Source of the DNA: Phyllobates terribilis
Taxonomy: Eukaryota
Length of the DNA: 64,000 nucleotides
NCBI RefSeq assembly: GCF_046119375.1
Contig: NW_027362761.1
Span: forward strand, 889,638,001-889,702,000
Direction: 5' to 3'
Shown piece by piece: positions 38,106-50,241 of the stretch (position 1 is the first letter of the stretch; the number at the start of each line of letters is the position of its first letter). The position numbers and the translations under genes are program-made. The notes beneath the pieces were generated by a model that searched no databases, was not told the DNA's origin, and worked only from the letters and a program-made list of their open reading frames with translations.

Positions 38106-39275
38106 TGTAACGGGTCTGGGAGGTGGAACCTCTGAGCAACTATACAAGGGGGCGGTCCTTGTAAGGAAGCGGGTGGCTCCCAGGGAAGACGGGCAGGTAT
38201 TCACGGCAAGTGACAGGGACAGTCTCTGGGTAGAAGGGCAGGTAGTCACGGCAAGTGACAGGGACAGCCTCTGGGTAGAAGGGCAGGTAGTCACGGCAAG
38301 TGACAGGGACAGTCTCTGGGTAGAAGGACAGCAGGCAGGTGGCTGGTGAGCGGGCGAGAGTCTCTGGACAGGCAGGTGGTCACGGCAAGTGACGGCTGAA
38401 CCTCCAGGTAGACTAGCAGACAGGTAGCAGGTGAATGCTCCCAGGTGAGCGGGTAAGAGTCTCTGGACAGGCAGGTGGTCACGGCAAGTGACGGCAGAGC
38501 CTCCAGGTAGACTAGCAGACAGGTAGCAGGTGGACGCTCCCAAGTGAGCGGGCAAGAGTCTCTGGACGGGCAGGTGGTCCCGGCAAGTGACGGCAGAGCC
38601 TCCAGGTAGGCTAGCAGACAGGTAGCAGGTGGACGCTCCCAGGTGAGTGGGCAAGAGTCTCTGGACGGGCAGGTGGTCACGGCAAGTGACGGCAGAGCCT
38701 CCAGGTAGGTTATCAGGCAGGTAGCAGGTGAGCGCTCCCAGGTGAGCGGGCAAAAGTCTCTGGACAGGCAGGAGGTCACGGCAAGTGACAGCAGAGCCTC
38801 CAGGTAGGCTAGCAGGCAGGTAGCAGGTGAGCGCTCCCAGGTGAGCGGGCAGGCTGGTCCATAGAAAGACTGACAGGTGTCGGAAGGCAGACCGTCGGAC
38901 CGCAGGCTTGCAAGCAGATAAGCGGATATCAGGCAGGTATCAAGCAGGAATCTGGCAGGTGACTGGCAGGTAACTGGTAACGGGACCTGAGGGCTGAAGC
39001 AGAGTGAAGGCTTTGCAACAACATTGCTCGGGCACCTCCATTTTGGAGGAGGTGCCTTATATATGGTGAAGTCCTCCGGCCATTGGCCGGGGACTCATTA
39101 TGACGGCGCGCGCGGCCCCTTTAAGAGAGGGGGAGAGCGCATGCGCGCCCTAAGCACCGTGGCCGGGAAGCAGCGCGCGCTGCCAGCAGAGCGGGAGGAA
39201 GACGCCGGGCACGGAGCGGAGAGGTGAGGGGAACAGCGTCCCTGCCTAGCAGGAGGCAGGGACGCCGATGCTTCA
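38106..39275 (-). repeat. 3' LTR (1170 bp) with three 45-bp and about five 99-bp internal repeats
   Basis: 99-bp anchor at 38457, 38556, 38655 and 38754. The 45-bp unit encodes TASDRDSLWVEGQVV on the plus strand. Confidence 0.92.
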
Positions 39276-42200
39276 GTACCCCCCCCTTTAGGCCCCCCCT
39301 TTTTTAGGCCAGAGAGAAATTTATCAAGGATGAGAGGGGCATGGATGTTCTCCCGGGGCTCCCACGTTCTCTCCTCAGGACCAAACCCCTTCCAATCTAC
39401 CAGAAAAAAGGTTTTTCCTCTTACCCTTTTGGTGGCCAGAATGTTCTCTACCTCAAACTCGTTCTCAGCGGAAACCGGAGCAGGGGGCGTACCTGTAGAC
39501 TTGGAAAAAGAGTTAAGTACCACGGGTTTGAGGAGAGATACTTGGAAGGAGTTAGGGATTCGTAAGTTGGCCGGGAGTTTCAATTTATAGGCCACCGGAT
39601 TGATTTGTTTGATAACTTCCAGTGGGCCGATGAACCGAGGCCCTAACTTGTAGGAGGGAATCTTGAGCCGGACATACTTGGACGAGAGCCAGACTTTATC
39701 TCCAGGACGGAATTTTGGAGGATCCAGGCATTTTTTGTCAGCGTATTTTCTCATCCGCTCGGACGACTGAAGGAGTGCGGATCGGGTACTCTCCCAAATG
39801 GAGGAGAATTCGCTAACGAGAGATTCTGCAGCCGGATTGTCCACCGAGGTGGAGACGGGAAATGGGATCCGAGGATGCTGACCGAAGACTACAAAAAACG
39901 GGGATTTGGAGGAAGATTCGCTCTCGTGATTATTGTAAGAGAACTCGGCCCATGGTAGGAGATCCACCCAGTCCGAATGGTGGGCATTAACGAAGTGCCG
40001 GAGGTAACTGGTCAGGTTCTGATTGATCCGCTCCACTTGACCATTGGACTGTGGGTGGTAAGCGGAGGTGAAGTCCAGAGTGACGTCAAGCAACTTACAT
40101 GTGGCTCTCCAGAAGCGTGAGGTGAACTGAAACCCACGATCCGACACGATGTGGAGGGGCAGGCCATGGAGACGGAAGATGTGGCGGATAAAGTCTTTAG
40201 CCAGTTCGGGTGCAGACGGGAGGCCCGGCAGGGGAATGAAGTGCGCCATCTTGGAAAAGCGATCAGCGACCACCCAAATGACCGTACAACCGGCAGAGAC
40301 AGGGAGATCCGTTATAAAGTCCATAGCTATATGCTGCCACGGGGCAGCAGGTACTGGAAGAGGAAGGAGGCGACCGGCTGGCAGGTGTCTCGGAACTTTG
40401 TTGCGGGCGCAGGACACACAGGCTGAAACAAAGTCTATTACATCCTTGGGCAGGGTAGGCCACCAGTAATGCCGGGTAATGAGCTGGAGGGTCTTTTTCT
40501 GACCGGCGTGGCCAGCTAGCTTAGACGAGTGACCCCAGTGTAGGACCTTCTTCCGATCAGGTACTGTTACGAGCGTCTTACCGGGAGGGAGACGATTTAG
40601 ATTCACGGGGGCCACTTGCATTACTCTGGCGGGGTCAATGATGTGCTTAGGTTCCTCCTCTAGATCAGATACCAGGAAGGATCAGGACAAGGCGTCAGCT
40701 TTGATGTTTTTGTCTGCCGGGCGAAAATGAAGAATGAAATCAAAGCGGGCAAAAAGCAAGGACCACCGGGCTTGGCGCGGGTTAAGTCTCTGGGCGCTCT
40801 GAAGGTAAGCCAAGTTCTTGTGGTCCGTGTAAATTATTACTGGGTGAAGAGCCCCCTCGAGCAGGTAACGCCACTCCTCCAGTGCCATCTTAATGGCTAA
40901 CAATTCTCGGTCTCCAATAGAATAATTGCGCTCATTAGAGGAGAAGAGTTTGGAGAAGAAGCCGCAGGTTACCATTCTTCTGGAAGGCGACTTTTGGGTA
41001 AGTACCGCTCCGGCTCCAGAGGAGGAGGCGTCAACTTCCAGGAAGAATTGTTTGTTGCTGTCTGGACGATGCAGCACCGGGGCGGAAGAGAAAGCCTGTT
41101 TTAAGGAAAGAAAGGCCTCCTCTGCTTCGGGCGGCCATTCTCTGGGATTAGTACCCTTACGGGTGAGCGCAGAGATTGGGGCAGTCCGGGAAGAGAAGTG
41201 CGGTATGAAGAGGCGGTAGTAGTTGGCGAAACCCAGGAACCGCTGAATAGCTTTCAACCCCTCTGGTCGGGGCCACTTCTGGATGGCAGACAGTTTCTCA
41301 GGATCCATTCATAGGCTGGTCTGAGAGATTATATAGCCCAGAAACGGAAGCGAGGTCTGCTCAAAGAGGCACTTCTCATATTTAGCGTAGAGGTGGTTCT
41401 GCCCGAGCCTGAGCAGGACCTGACGAACGTCCCTCCGGTGTGTGAGAAGATCCAGAGAAAAGACCAAGATGTCGTCCAGGTACACCACTACGCAGGAGTA
41501 GAGAAGGTCCCGGAAGATGTCATTGACCAACTCTTGAAAGAAGGCGGGAACGTTACAGAGACCGAAAGGCATTACCAGGTATTCATAGTGGCCGTCCCGG
41601 GTGTTGAATGCCGTCTTCCATTCATCCCCCTGACGGATACGGACCAGGTTATACGCCCCACGGAGGTCCAGCTTGGTGAAGATTCTAGCCCCCCTCAGAC
41701 GGTCAAATAATTCCGGAATAAGCGGAAGGGGGTATTTATTCTTCACCGTGATCTGGTTAAGGCCTCTATAGTCTATACAGGGACGGAGAGAGCCATCCTT
41801 CTTTTTGACGAAGAAGAAGCCTGCTCCCGCCGGGGAGGTAGATTTCCGGATGAATCCCCGGGCCAGATTCTCCTCAATATATTCAGACATGGACCGGGTC
41901 TCAGCAGCGGACAAAGGGTAAATGCGCCCACGGGGAGGAGTAGCGCCGGGCATCAGGTCGATTGGGCAGTCGTATGGTCTATGAGGGGGTAATGTCTCTG
42001 CCTCCTTTTTATTAAAGACGTCCGCATAAGACCAATAAGGAACCGGAAGACCAGGTAGGTTGGCTGGAGTAGGAGAAGGACGGACAGGATGAACGGGAAC
42101 TAAACATGTCTTATGGTAGTCCTGTCCCCAGCAAAGGACTTCTCCGGTCTGCCAATCAAGCACGGGTGCATGCTTCTGAAGCCAAGGTAGGCCTAGTAAG

Positions 42201-42540
42201 AGGGCGTGAGAGAGTCCAGGCAGAACATGAAAGATGATGCTCTCTGAGTGCAGCATTCCAACCTGCAGGGTTATGGATTCGGTGATGAGTTGGATGGGAT
42301 GTGGTAAGAGGCCCCCATCCACGGCAGCAACAGATAAGGGTACAGCTAGAGATTTGGTGGGAATGCGGTATTTCTCTACCAGGGACTGAGAAATGAGATT
42401 TCTGGCAGCTCCAGAGTCAAGTTGGGCAAGTTCAAAATAACGGTTCTCCCCGCAGATGATAGAGACCGACAGCAACAGAGATGGAGAGGGTTTACTCTTG
42501 TCTAGGACGACCTCTCTCAGCGATCCTAGACACAGGCGTT
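39098..42540 (-). pseudogene. Gypsy pol (protease, RT, RNase H, integrase, chromodomain) with two in-frame TGA stops
   Basis: LDSGA, YLDD, LEVDAS..DHKNL, MDFITDLP..SDRG..QVERIN, and chromodomain FEVENIL..FLVDWKGFGPEERTWEP. Stops near 41309 and 40682 keep the frame. Confidence 0.93.
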
Positions 42541-43475
42541 TCCCGACCTCTCCGGGCAGGAACGGATCCGGTGCTCCTTACTGCCACAGTAGAAGCAGCT
42601 CCCTTCGGCTCGGCCTAACTCTTGACGGGTTTTGACCATCTTGGTCAGGTCGACCTGCATAGGCTCGGGAGAGTGCGCCGGGGGAGTAACGGGAGAAATG
42701 ACGGAATTCTGGAAGGTAGGGGCTAGACGTGGAAACCTCCTCTCACGGGTGACCTCTTTGGCGCGCTCCTGGAACCGGATGTCAATCTGGGTGGCAAGGG
42801 TTATTAAGTCGTCGAGAGTGGTAGGAATGTCTCGACCGGCGAGTTCATCTTTAATACGGCCGGACAGACCCTCCCAAAAGACAGACACCAGGGCGTCGTT
42901 ATCCCAGGCCAGCTCCGAAGCAAGGGTACGGAACCGTATGGCATATTGGCCCACGGTGAGATTTCCTTGACGGAGGCGTAGCACAGATGATGCGGATGAG
43001 GTCTTCCGTCCTGGTTCGTCGAAGACTTTCCGGAAGGCCGTGAGAAAGGCTGGCAGGTTGGACACCAGGGGGTCTCCTCTCTCCCATAGAGGATTTAGCC
43101 AAGCCAGTGCCTCTCCCGTGAGATGGGACATGATAAAGGCTACTCTGGCTCGGTCGGTGGAAAACTGGTGTGTCAACAGTTCGAAGTGCAGAGTGCACTG
43201 GTTAATGAAGCCCCGTGCCTGGCTGGGATCTCCGCCAAAACGAGGAGGAGCGGAGAGGGGGGACCGGGAAGAGATGCCATGGTGTTGATGGGCTGCGGCG
43301 GTGCCGGGGTAGTAAGTGTGCGAGTGGAGGCCGCTCCCGAAGAGGTAGTCAAAGTGTCCAGGCGGGAGTTAACACTATGCAGGTGACTCAGGATGGACTC
43401 CTGTTTGGACCTCTTACGGGAAAGTTCATGACATAGGTCCGAGAGCGAGGGAGCTTGGGTGCCACCGGATTCCAT
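42526..43475 (-). pseudogene. Gypsy gag with one frameshift and a CCHC knuckle
   Basis: [47 protein letters not shown]. Confidence 0.9.
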
Positions 43476-43488
43476 GGCCCGAGCAAAC

Positions 43489-44609
43489 TGTAACGGGTCT
43501 GGGAGGTGGAACCTCTGAGCAACTATACAAGGGGGCGGTCCTTGTAAGGAAGCGGGTGGCTCCCAGGGAAGACGGGCAGGTTGTCACGGCAAGTGACAGG
43601 GACAGTCTCTGGGTAGAAGGGCAGGTAGTCAAGGCAAGTGACAGGGACAGTCTCTGGGTAGAAGGACATCAGGCAGGTGGCTGGTGAGCGGGCGAGAGTC
43701 TCTGGACAGGCAGGTGGTCACGGCAAGTGACGGCAGAACCTCCAGGTAGACTAGCAGACAGGTAGCAGGTGAATGCTCCCAGGTGAGCGGGTAAGAGTCT
43801 CTGGACAGGCAGGTGGTCACGGCAAGTGACGGCAGAGCCTCCAGGTAGACTAGCAGACAGGTAGCAGGTGGACGCTCCCAAGTGAGCGGGCAAGAGTCTC
43901 TGGATGGGCAGGTGGTCACGGCAAGTGACGGCAGAGCCTCCAGGTAAGCTAGCAGACAGGTAGCAGGTGGACGCTCCCAGGTGAGCGGGCAAGAGTCTCT
44001 GGACGGGCAGGTGGTCACGGCAAGTGATGGCAGAGCCTCCAGGTAGGCTAGCAGGCAGGTAGCAGGTGAGCGCTCCCAGGTCAGCGGGCAAGAGTCTCTG
44101 CACAGGCAGGAGGTCACGGCAAGTGACAGCAGACCTCTAGGTAGGCTAGCAGGCAGGTAGCAGGTGAGCGCTCCCAGGTGAGCGGGCAGGCTGGTCCATA
44201 GACAGACTGACAGGTGTCGGAAGGCAGACCGTCGGACCGCAGGCTTGCAAGCAGATAAGCGGATATCAGGCAGGTATCAAGCAGGAATCTGGCAGGTGAC
44301 TGGCAGGTAACTGGTAATGGGACCTGAGGGCTGAAGCAGAGTGAAGGCTTTGCAACAACATTGCTCGGGCACCTCCATTTTGGAGGAGGTGCCTTATATA
44401 TGGTGAAGTCCTCTGGCCTTTGGCCGGGGACTCTTTAGGACGGCGCGCGCGGCCCCTTTAAGAGAGGGGTGCGCGCGCACGCCCTAAGCACTGTGGCCGG
44501 GAAGCAGCGAGCGTTGCCAACAGAGCAGGAGGAAGACGCCGGGCACGGAGCGGAGAGGTGAGGGGAACAGCGTCCCTGCCTAGCAGGAGGCAGGGACGCC
44601 GACGCTACA
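43489..44609 (-). repeat. 5' LTR (1121 bp), with one fewer 45-bp unit
   Basis: Aligns to 38106-39275 with scattered substitutions. Confidence 0.92.
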
Positions 44610-45336
44610 CACGCTAGCGCCAGAGGTCACAGTTTGTTGCCCAACCAAGGCGTACATGCGAGAGAGATGCAACTCCAATCCAGCAGAGGCAGGGGAACAC
44701 TGTCAACGTTCTGGGACAGTTTTCTCAGACCCTCCCTTCGGACAGACCCTGAGGCGCGGGGTACTCTCACAAAGAGTGGAAAGTTTCAAAAGATGGTGAG
44801 GGAGTACCGTGCCGACCGTACCAGCATCCTCCATGATTCCTCTGTGCCTTTTAATTATTGGGTATCCAAGCTGGACACTTGGAATGAACTCGCTCTGTAC
44901 GCCTTGGAGGTCCTGCCCTGCCGCTAGCGTGTTATCGGAGCGTGTCTTTAGTGCCACTGGGGGAATTATAACTGATACGCTCACTCGCCTGTCAACTGAC
45001 AATGCTGACAAGCTTACCCTTATCAATATGAACAAGGACTGGACTGGGCCAGACTTCTCATCACCAACAAATGACAGCAGAGTAACATAAAGACAAATCC
45101 ACTGTGTTATTTCGGGAGGTGTATTCCCATGCACCTCTTCACACCCACACATGGATATACGCTTCCTCATTTCGGCTGACCAGGGTGACCATGGTCAGTG
45201 TTGCCATTATTGAAAGTACCTCCGTCCTAATTTTTGGCAGCTTTTGCTTGGAAGGCATAAGCAAAGACTGTGGGAGACCCACTCCCCAATAATGGGAATA
45301 ATATTTTTAAGATGCTATACTGTATGTCTTTTGTAA

Positions 45337-46440
45337 GGGGCATTCAAGCTGTCTTGTTAAGCTACTGGGACCTCCACATCTCTTCCGAGGGTCATTAAAA
45401 CCGTTTTGTTAAGCTACTGTGACCTCTACGTCTCTTCCAAGGGGCATTAAAACCGTCTTGTTAAGCTACTGTGACCTAAACGTCTCTTTCAAGAGGCATT
45501 AAAACCATGTCATTAAGCTACTGGGACCTCCACGTCTCTTCCAAGGGGCATTAAAACCGTCTTGTTAAGCTACTGCGACCTCCACGTATCTTTTGAGGGG
45601 CATTAAAGCTGTCTTGTTAAGCTACTGTGACCTCCACGTCTCTTTCGAGGGGCATTAAAACCATCTTGCTAAGCAACTGTGACCTCCACCACTTTTCCGA
45701 GGGGCATTCAAACCATCTTGTTAAGCTACTGGGACCTCCAGGTCTCTTTCGAGGGGCATTAAAACCGTCTTGTTAAGCTACTGCGACCTCCACCACTTTT
45801 CCAAGGGGCATTCAAACCGTCTTGTTAAGCTACTGGGACCTCCACGTCTCTTCCGAGGGGCACTAAAACCGTCTTGATAAGCTACTGTGACCTCCACGTC
45901 TCTTCCGAGGGGCATTAAAACCGTCTTGTTAAGCTACTGTGACCTTCACGTCTGTTCCGAGGGGCATTAAAACCGTCTTGTGAAGCTACTGTGACCTCCA
46001 CGTCTCTTTCAAGTGGCATTAAAATCATCTTATTAAGCTACTGTGACCTCCAGCACTTTTTCAAGGGGCATTAAAACCGTCTTGTTAAGCTACTGTGACC
46101 TCCACCACTTTTCCGAGGGGCATTCAAACCATCTTGTGAAGCTACTGGGACCTCCACGTCTCTTCCAAGGGGCATTAAAACCGTCTTGTTAAGCTACTGT
46201 GACCTCCACGTCTCTTTTGAGGGGCATTAAAACCGTCTTGTTAAGCTACTGTCACCTCCACCACTTCTCCAGGGGGCATTAAAACCGTCTTGTTAAGCTA
46301 CTGCGACCTCCACGTCTCTTCAAAGGGGCATTAAAAGCGTCTTCTTAAACCACTCTGAACTCCAGAGCTCTTCCTAGGGACATTGAAATGTTGTTTTTAA
46401 TTACCTCTAACCTCCACGACCCTTCCAACGGGCATTGCAT
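45337..46440. repeat. 52-bp tandem array, about 21 units, 3' of the transposase
   Basis: GGGGCATT anchor at 45545, 45597 and 45649. Confidence 0.95.
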
Positions 46441-46799
46441 TTCCTCTTAATTTTAGTCAGCTTTTGCTTTTCAATGCAAAGGCGAAAACTAAGGGAGACC
46501 CACTCCCCAATAATGGGTAGGAGGTTTTTAATACGCTGCAATCCACGTCTGTTTCAAGGGGCATTGCATTTCCTCATAATTTTTGGAAAGCCTTCCATTC
46601 ACTGCTTAGGCCAACAGTGTACAGGAGACCCAGTTGTTATAAATGGAAAAAATGGTTTAGTTAAGGCCCTCTGACCTCCATGTCATTTCCAAGGGGCATT
46701 GGAGTGCCTCAAAATTTTTGGTAGGCATTGCACTCACTGTATGCCCTCTAACTGTGTAGCCGAACCGCTTGTTTTGTTACAGAAACATATCCTACAAGA

Positions 46800-48600
46800 C
46801 ATATGTGGTTGACTGGCCTGATATTGATGTGAATGGTCCCTGTTCCTCCTGCTCTTTCTCCCTTGCCACCACCTCATCCATGATTTATAACCTGAAGCTT
46901 TGTTTTAACGGGAGTCATAGAACTGGGATAGTAGCAGGAAAACATCCAGCAATCCTCGGAGGAGGTAGGATATGCGCCAAAACGCTGACCACCTCAGGCC
47001 TAGCCGCTACTGCATACATGCGCTTGCATTCCAAGAAAACAAAGCAGATGCTAACTTCTATCATCATCATTATGCTCCTCACCTTGGCACTCTCAACTCC
47101 CCTGATGGAGAAGCCAGGGCCCACCGGAGGAGTCTGGTTCTCTGGTGGGCTCGTCCAATGCTGCCCTAAAGCAGGCCAGGCTAAGAAAAATGTGTGGGAG
47201 GGTGACAGGAGAAATAGGGGTGGCTGGGGACCGTTTATGGACACCCGGCCGCCTCCTGGCGTCTGGGGAACGTGTGTGGACACCCGGCCGCGTGGCGGCT
47301 GGGGACCGAGTATGGACACCCGGCTGCCCCCTGGCGGCTGGGGACCGAGTGTGGACACCTGGCCGCCGGGCGGCTGGGGACTGAGTATGGATACCAGGCC
47401 GCCAACGCAGCCATGACGTGGTGGCCAGATTCTACCTCCACATGCCTAAAAGGCCCAATTTAAAGTGAAAGCAAGCAAGCAGTATGGTATTGCAGCCTGG
47501 GGGTGGGTGGGTGGCAGGCTGCATACTTACCCTTGCATTGCTAGGAATGGGAGAGGTACAATTGAACACTGCCCTGGGACAAGGACTTGAACGGGGATAG
47601 TTGCAAGTCTGCAACGACACTTGCAGGGTGGGAGGCATCTTCGCATGTACCATGAACAGGGGTTTAGCATGCACACACTACAGCGGAACAAGCTGTCCTT
47701 CCCACTAAATGCACTGGGGAGGGCACAGGTAATGTTTGGGTATGCGCGCTTAGTCTTATGTATACGGCACACCGGGACAAATAGGGGCGGCTGGGGACCG
47801 AGTATGGATACCTCGCTGCCGTAGCAGCCATGAAGTAGTGGCCAGCTTTGACCTCCTGCAAACTAAGGGCCCCCTTTCAAGTGCAAGCTAGCAGTATGGC
47901 ATTGCAGCCTGGGGGTGGGTGGGTGGCAGGCTGCACAGTTACGCTTGCATTAAAAGAAAACAAAGCAGATGCTAACTTCTATCATCATCATCATGGTCCA
48001 TACCTTGGCACTCTGAACTCCCCTGATGGAGAAGCCAGGGCCCACCGGAGGAGTCTGGTTCTCTGGTGGGCTCGTCCAATGCTACCCTAAAGCAGGCCAG
48101 GCTAAGAAAAGTGTGTGGGAAGGTGACAGGAGAAATAGTGGCGGCTGGGGACCATTTATGGACACTCGGCCGCCCCCAGGTGGCTGGCCACCGTGTGTGG
48201 ACACCCGGCCGCGGGGCGGTTGGGGACCGAGCATGGACATCCAGCCGCCCTCTGGCGGCTGGGGACCGAGCGTGGACACCCGGCGGCCGGGCGGCTGGGG
48301 ACTCAGTATGGATACCTCGCTGCCGACGCAGCCATGAGGTAGTGGCCAGCTTCGGCCTCCTCCAAACTAAAAGGCCCCATTTCAAGTGCAAGCTATCAGT
48401 ATAATATTGCAGCCTGCGGGTGGGTGGGTGGTTGGCTGCATATTTGCGCTTGCATTGCAAGGAATGGTGGAGGTACAATTGAACACTGCCCTGGGACAAG
48501 GACTTGCACGGGGATAGTTTCAAGTCTGCATCTTCTGATGCGGCAAGGATCACTTCTGATGGGCACACATTTAGGCAGTGACCTGGGTGTCAGAGATGCT
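46800..48600 (-). repeat. Repeated, antisense hAT-transposase-derived module with a short GC-rich (about 35-40 bp) repeat
   Basis: The minus strand gives QGSVQLYL..CKRKYAA..PFRHVEVES..YPYSVPSRH-like text about three times. The GGCGGCTGGGGACCGAGT unit is the reverse complement of the YSVPSR codons. Confidence 0.7.
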
Positions 48601-50241
48601 TCCAGGGGTCTTCCCCATGCTGTTCCCATGTCTTTTCCGCACTGTATGCATGTGTCACACAGCACATGGCCAGATAAGGTTGTAAAATGTTAAAATGACA
48701 TTTCCCGATGAATGCATTTGTCACGGTTGAAAGCAATACAAAAGTGCAAAAACGCATAAAAAATGCTACTTGTGAACATAGCCCAAGTTGTGGAGGAGTA
48801 TTTTTTTGGGGGTTATTTATTTTACCTTATACACAAGTCTTTACCCTGGAAAGGAACTTCCTTAACATATTTCACAGGAAAGCAGTTTCAGTTTTGTTTT
48901 TGAAAGTTTTATTGTGAGCCCTTAAAACTGGCTTAATACCTCTGACCACGTTGTTGACAGCAGTGACCTGGGGGTCAGAAATGCTTCCTGGGGTGAAGCC
49001 CATGCTGTCCCCATGTCATTTGAGCACTGTCACTATCATTTTGGGCACTTGTTGGGGTTTTAAAAGACTGCCGGGGGTGCCGCCGCAAGAATCCTCGGGT
49101 CTCCCATAGACTAACATTGGGCTCATTGCTCGGGTTGAGCACCCGAGTAGCACGGCGAGCTCGGCCCGAGCTTCGAGCACCCAAGAATTTTAGTGCTCGC
49201 TCAACACTAATAATGGCGTAAAGCCAATGAAAACACAAAAGTCATTAACTCAGTAAATTAGAATAATTAACAAATAACACCTGCAAAGGCTTCCTACGTG
49301 TTTAAAATGGTCCCTTAGTCTGTTTCAGTAGGCTCCACAATCATGGGGAAGACTACCAACTTGACAGATATCCAGAAGGCTGTCATTGACACTAAGTAAA
49401 TGCAAAGTAAATTTTGCGTTACATTTGGATATCAAGGTCCCAGAGTCTGGAGGAAGAGTGGGGAGGCACACAATCCAAGCTGCTTGAGGTCTAGTGTGAA
49501 GTTTCCACAACCAGTGATGGTTTAGGGAGCCAGGTCATCTGCTGGTGTAGGTCCACTGTGTTTTATCAAGACCAAAGTCAGTGCAGCTGTCTACCAGGAA
49601 ATTTTAGAGCACTTCATGCTTCCCTCTGCCGACAAGCTTTTTGGAGATTGAACTTTTATTCTCCAGCAGGACTTGGCACCTGTCCACACTGACAAAAGTA
49701 CCAATGCCTGGTTTAAAAGCAACAGTATCACTGTGCTTGATTGGCCAGCAAACTCGCTTGACCTTAATCCCATAGATAATCTATGGGGCATTGTCAAGAG
49801 GAAGATGAGAGACACCAGACCCAACAATGCAGATGAGCTGAAGGCTGCTATCAAAGCAACCTGGGCTTCCATAACACCTCAGCAGTGCCAAAGGCTGATC
49901 GCCTCATGAAACGCCGCATTGAAGCAGTAATTTATGCAAAAGGAGCCCCGACCAAGTATTGAGTGCATTTACTAAACATACATTTCAGTAAGCCAACATT
50001 TTGGATTTTAAAAACATTTTGCAAGCTGTTGTTATAAAGTATTCTAATTTACAGAGACAATGACTTTTGTGTTTCCATTGGCTGTAAGCCATAATCATCA
50101 ACATGAACGGAAATAAACACTTGAAATAGATCACTCTGTTTGTAATGACTCTATATAATAAATGAGTTTCACTTTTTGTATTGAAGAACTGAAATAAATT
50201 AACTTTTTGATGATATTCTAATTTAGTGAGATGCACCTGTA

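Larger units (their letters stand above)
38106..44609 (-). mobile_element. Full-length Ty3/Gypsy chromovirus (sushi/Tf1-like)
   Basis: LTRs 38106-39275 and 43489-44609 with TG..CA ends; 5-bp TSD CACGC (38101-38105, 44610-44614); polypurine tract at 39276-39306; gag-PR-RT-RH-IN-chromodomain order. Confidence 0.97.
35228..45090 (+). pseudogene. hAT transposase pseudogene (frameshifts; Gypsy inserted at 38106-44609)
   Basis: VWNFF..CTTC..RHMAAKH, HLTTDTWTS, VCDNGCN, CLAH, THWNST and SERVFS across several frames. PSEH|ASARGH joins across the Gypsy. Confidence 0.92.
32928..49209 (+). mobile_element. Full-length hAT transposon (about 9.8 kb plus a 6.5-kb Gypsy insertion)
   Basis: Perfect 13-bp TIR TAGTGTTGAGCGA / TCGCTCAACACTA. 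Perfect 8-bp TSD ATAATGGC at 32920-32927 and 49210-49217. Confidence 0.95.
32897..50239 (+). mobile_element. Tc1 element split by the hAT at 32928 (left TIR remnant 32897-32927, body 49210-50239), internally deleted
   Basis: TATTTCTGTTAATGTTAATGATAATGGC|GTAAAGCCAATGAAAACACAAAAG mirrors the right TIR at 50060-50130. QQDLAPVH and NSLDLNPIDNLW motifs; ends ..GATGCACCTG|TA. Confidence 0.8.

Noticed and set aside
38007-38779. Long repetitive ORFs in the LTRs (also 43629-44117)
   Set aside because: They arise from 45/99-bp repeats open in several frames at once. There is no domain support.
45337-46440. CRISPR-like reading of the 52-bp (and 110-, 132-bp) arrays
   Set aside because: Units are head-to-tail with no unique spacers, no cas genes are present, and the context is eukaryotic.
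46769-48568. Pro/Gly/Trp-rich ORFs such as 46769-47416
   Set aside because: They are by-products of GC-rich repeats derived from antisense transposase sequence.
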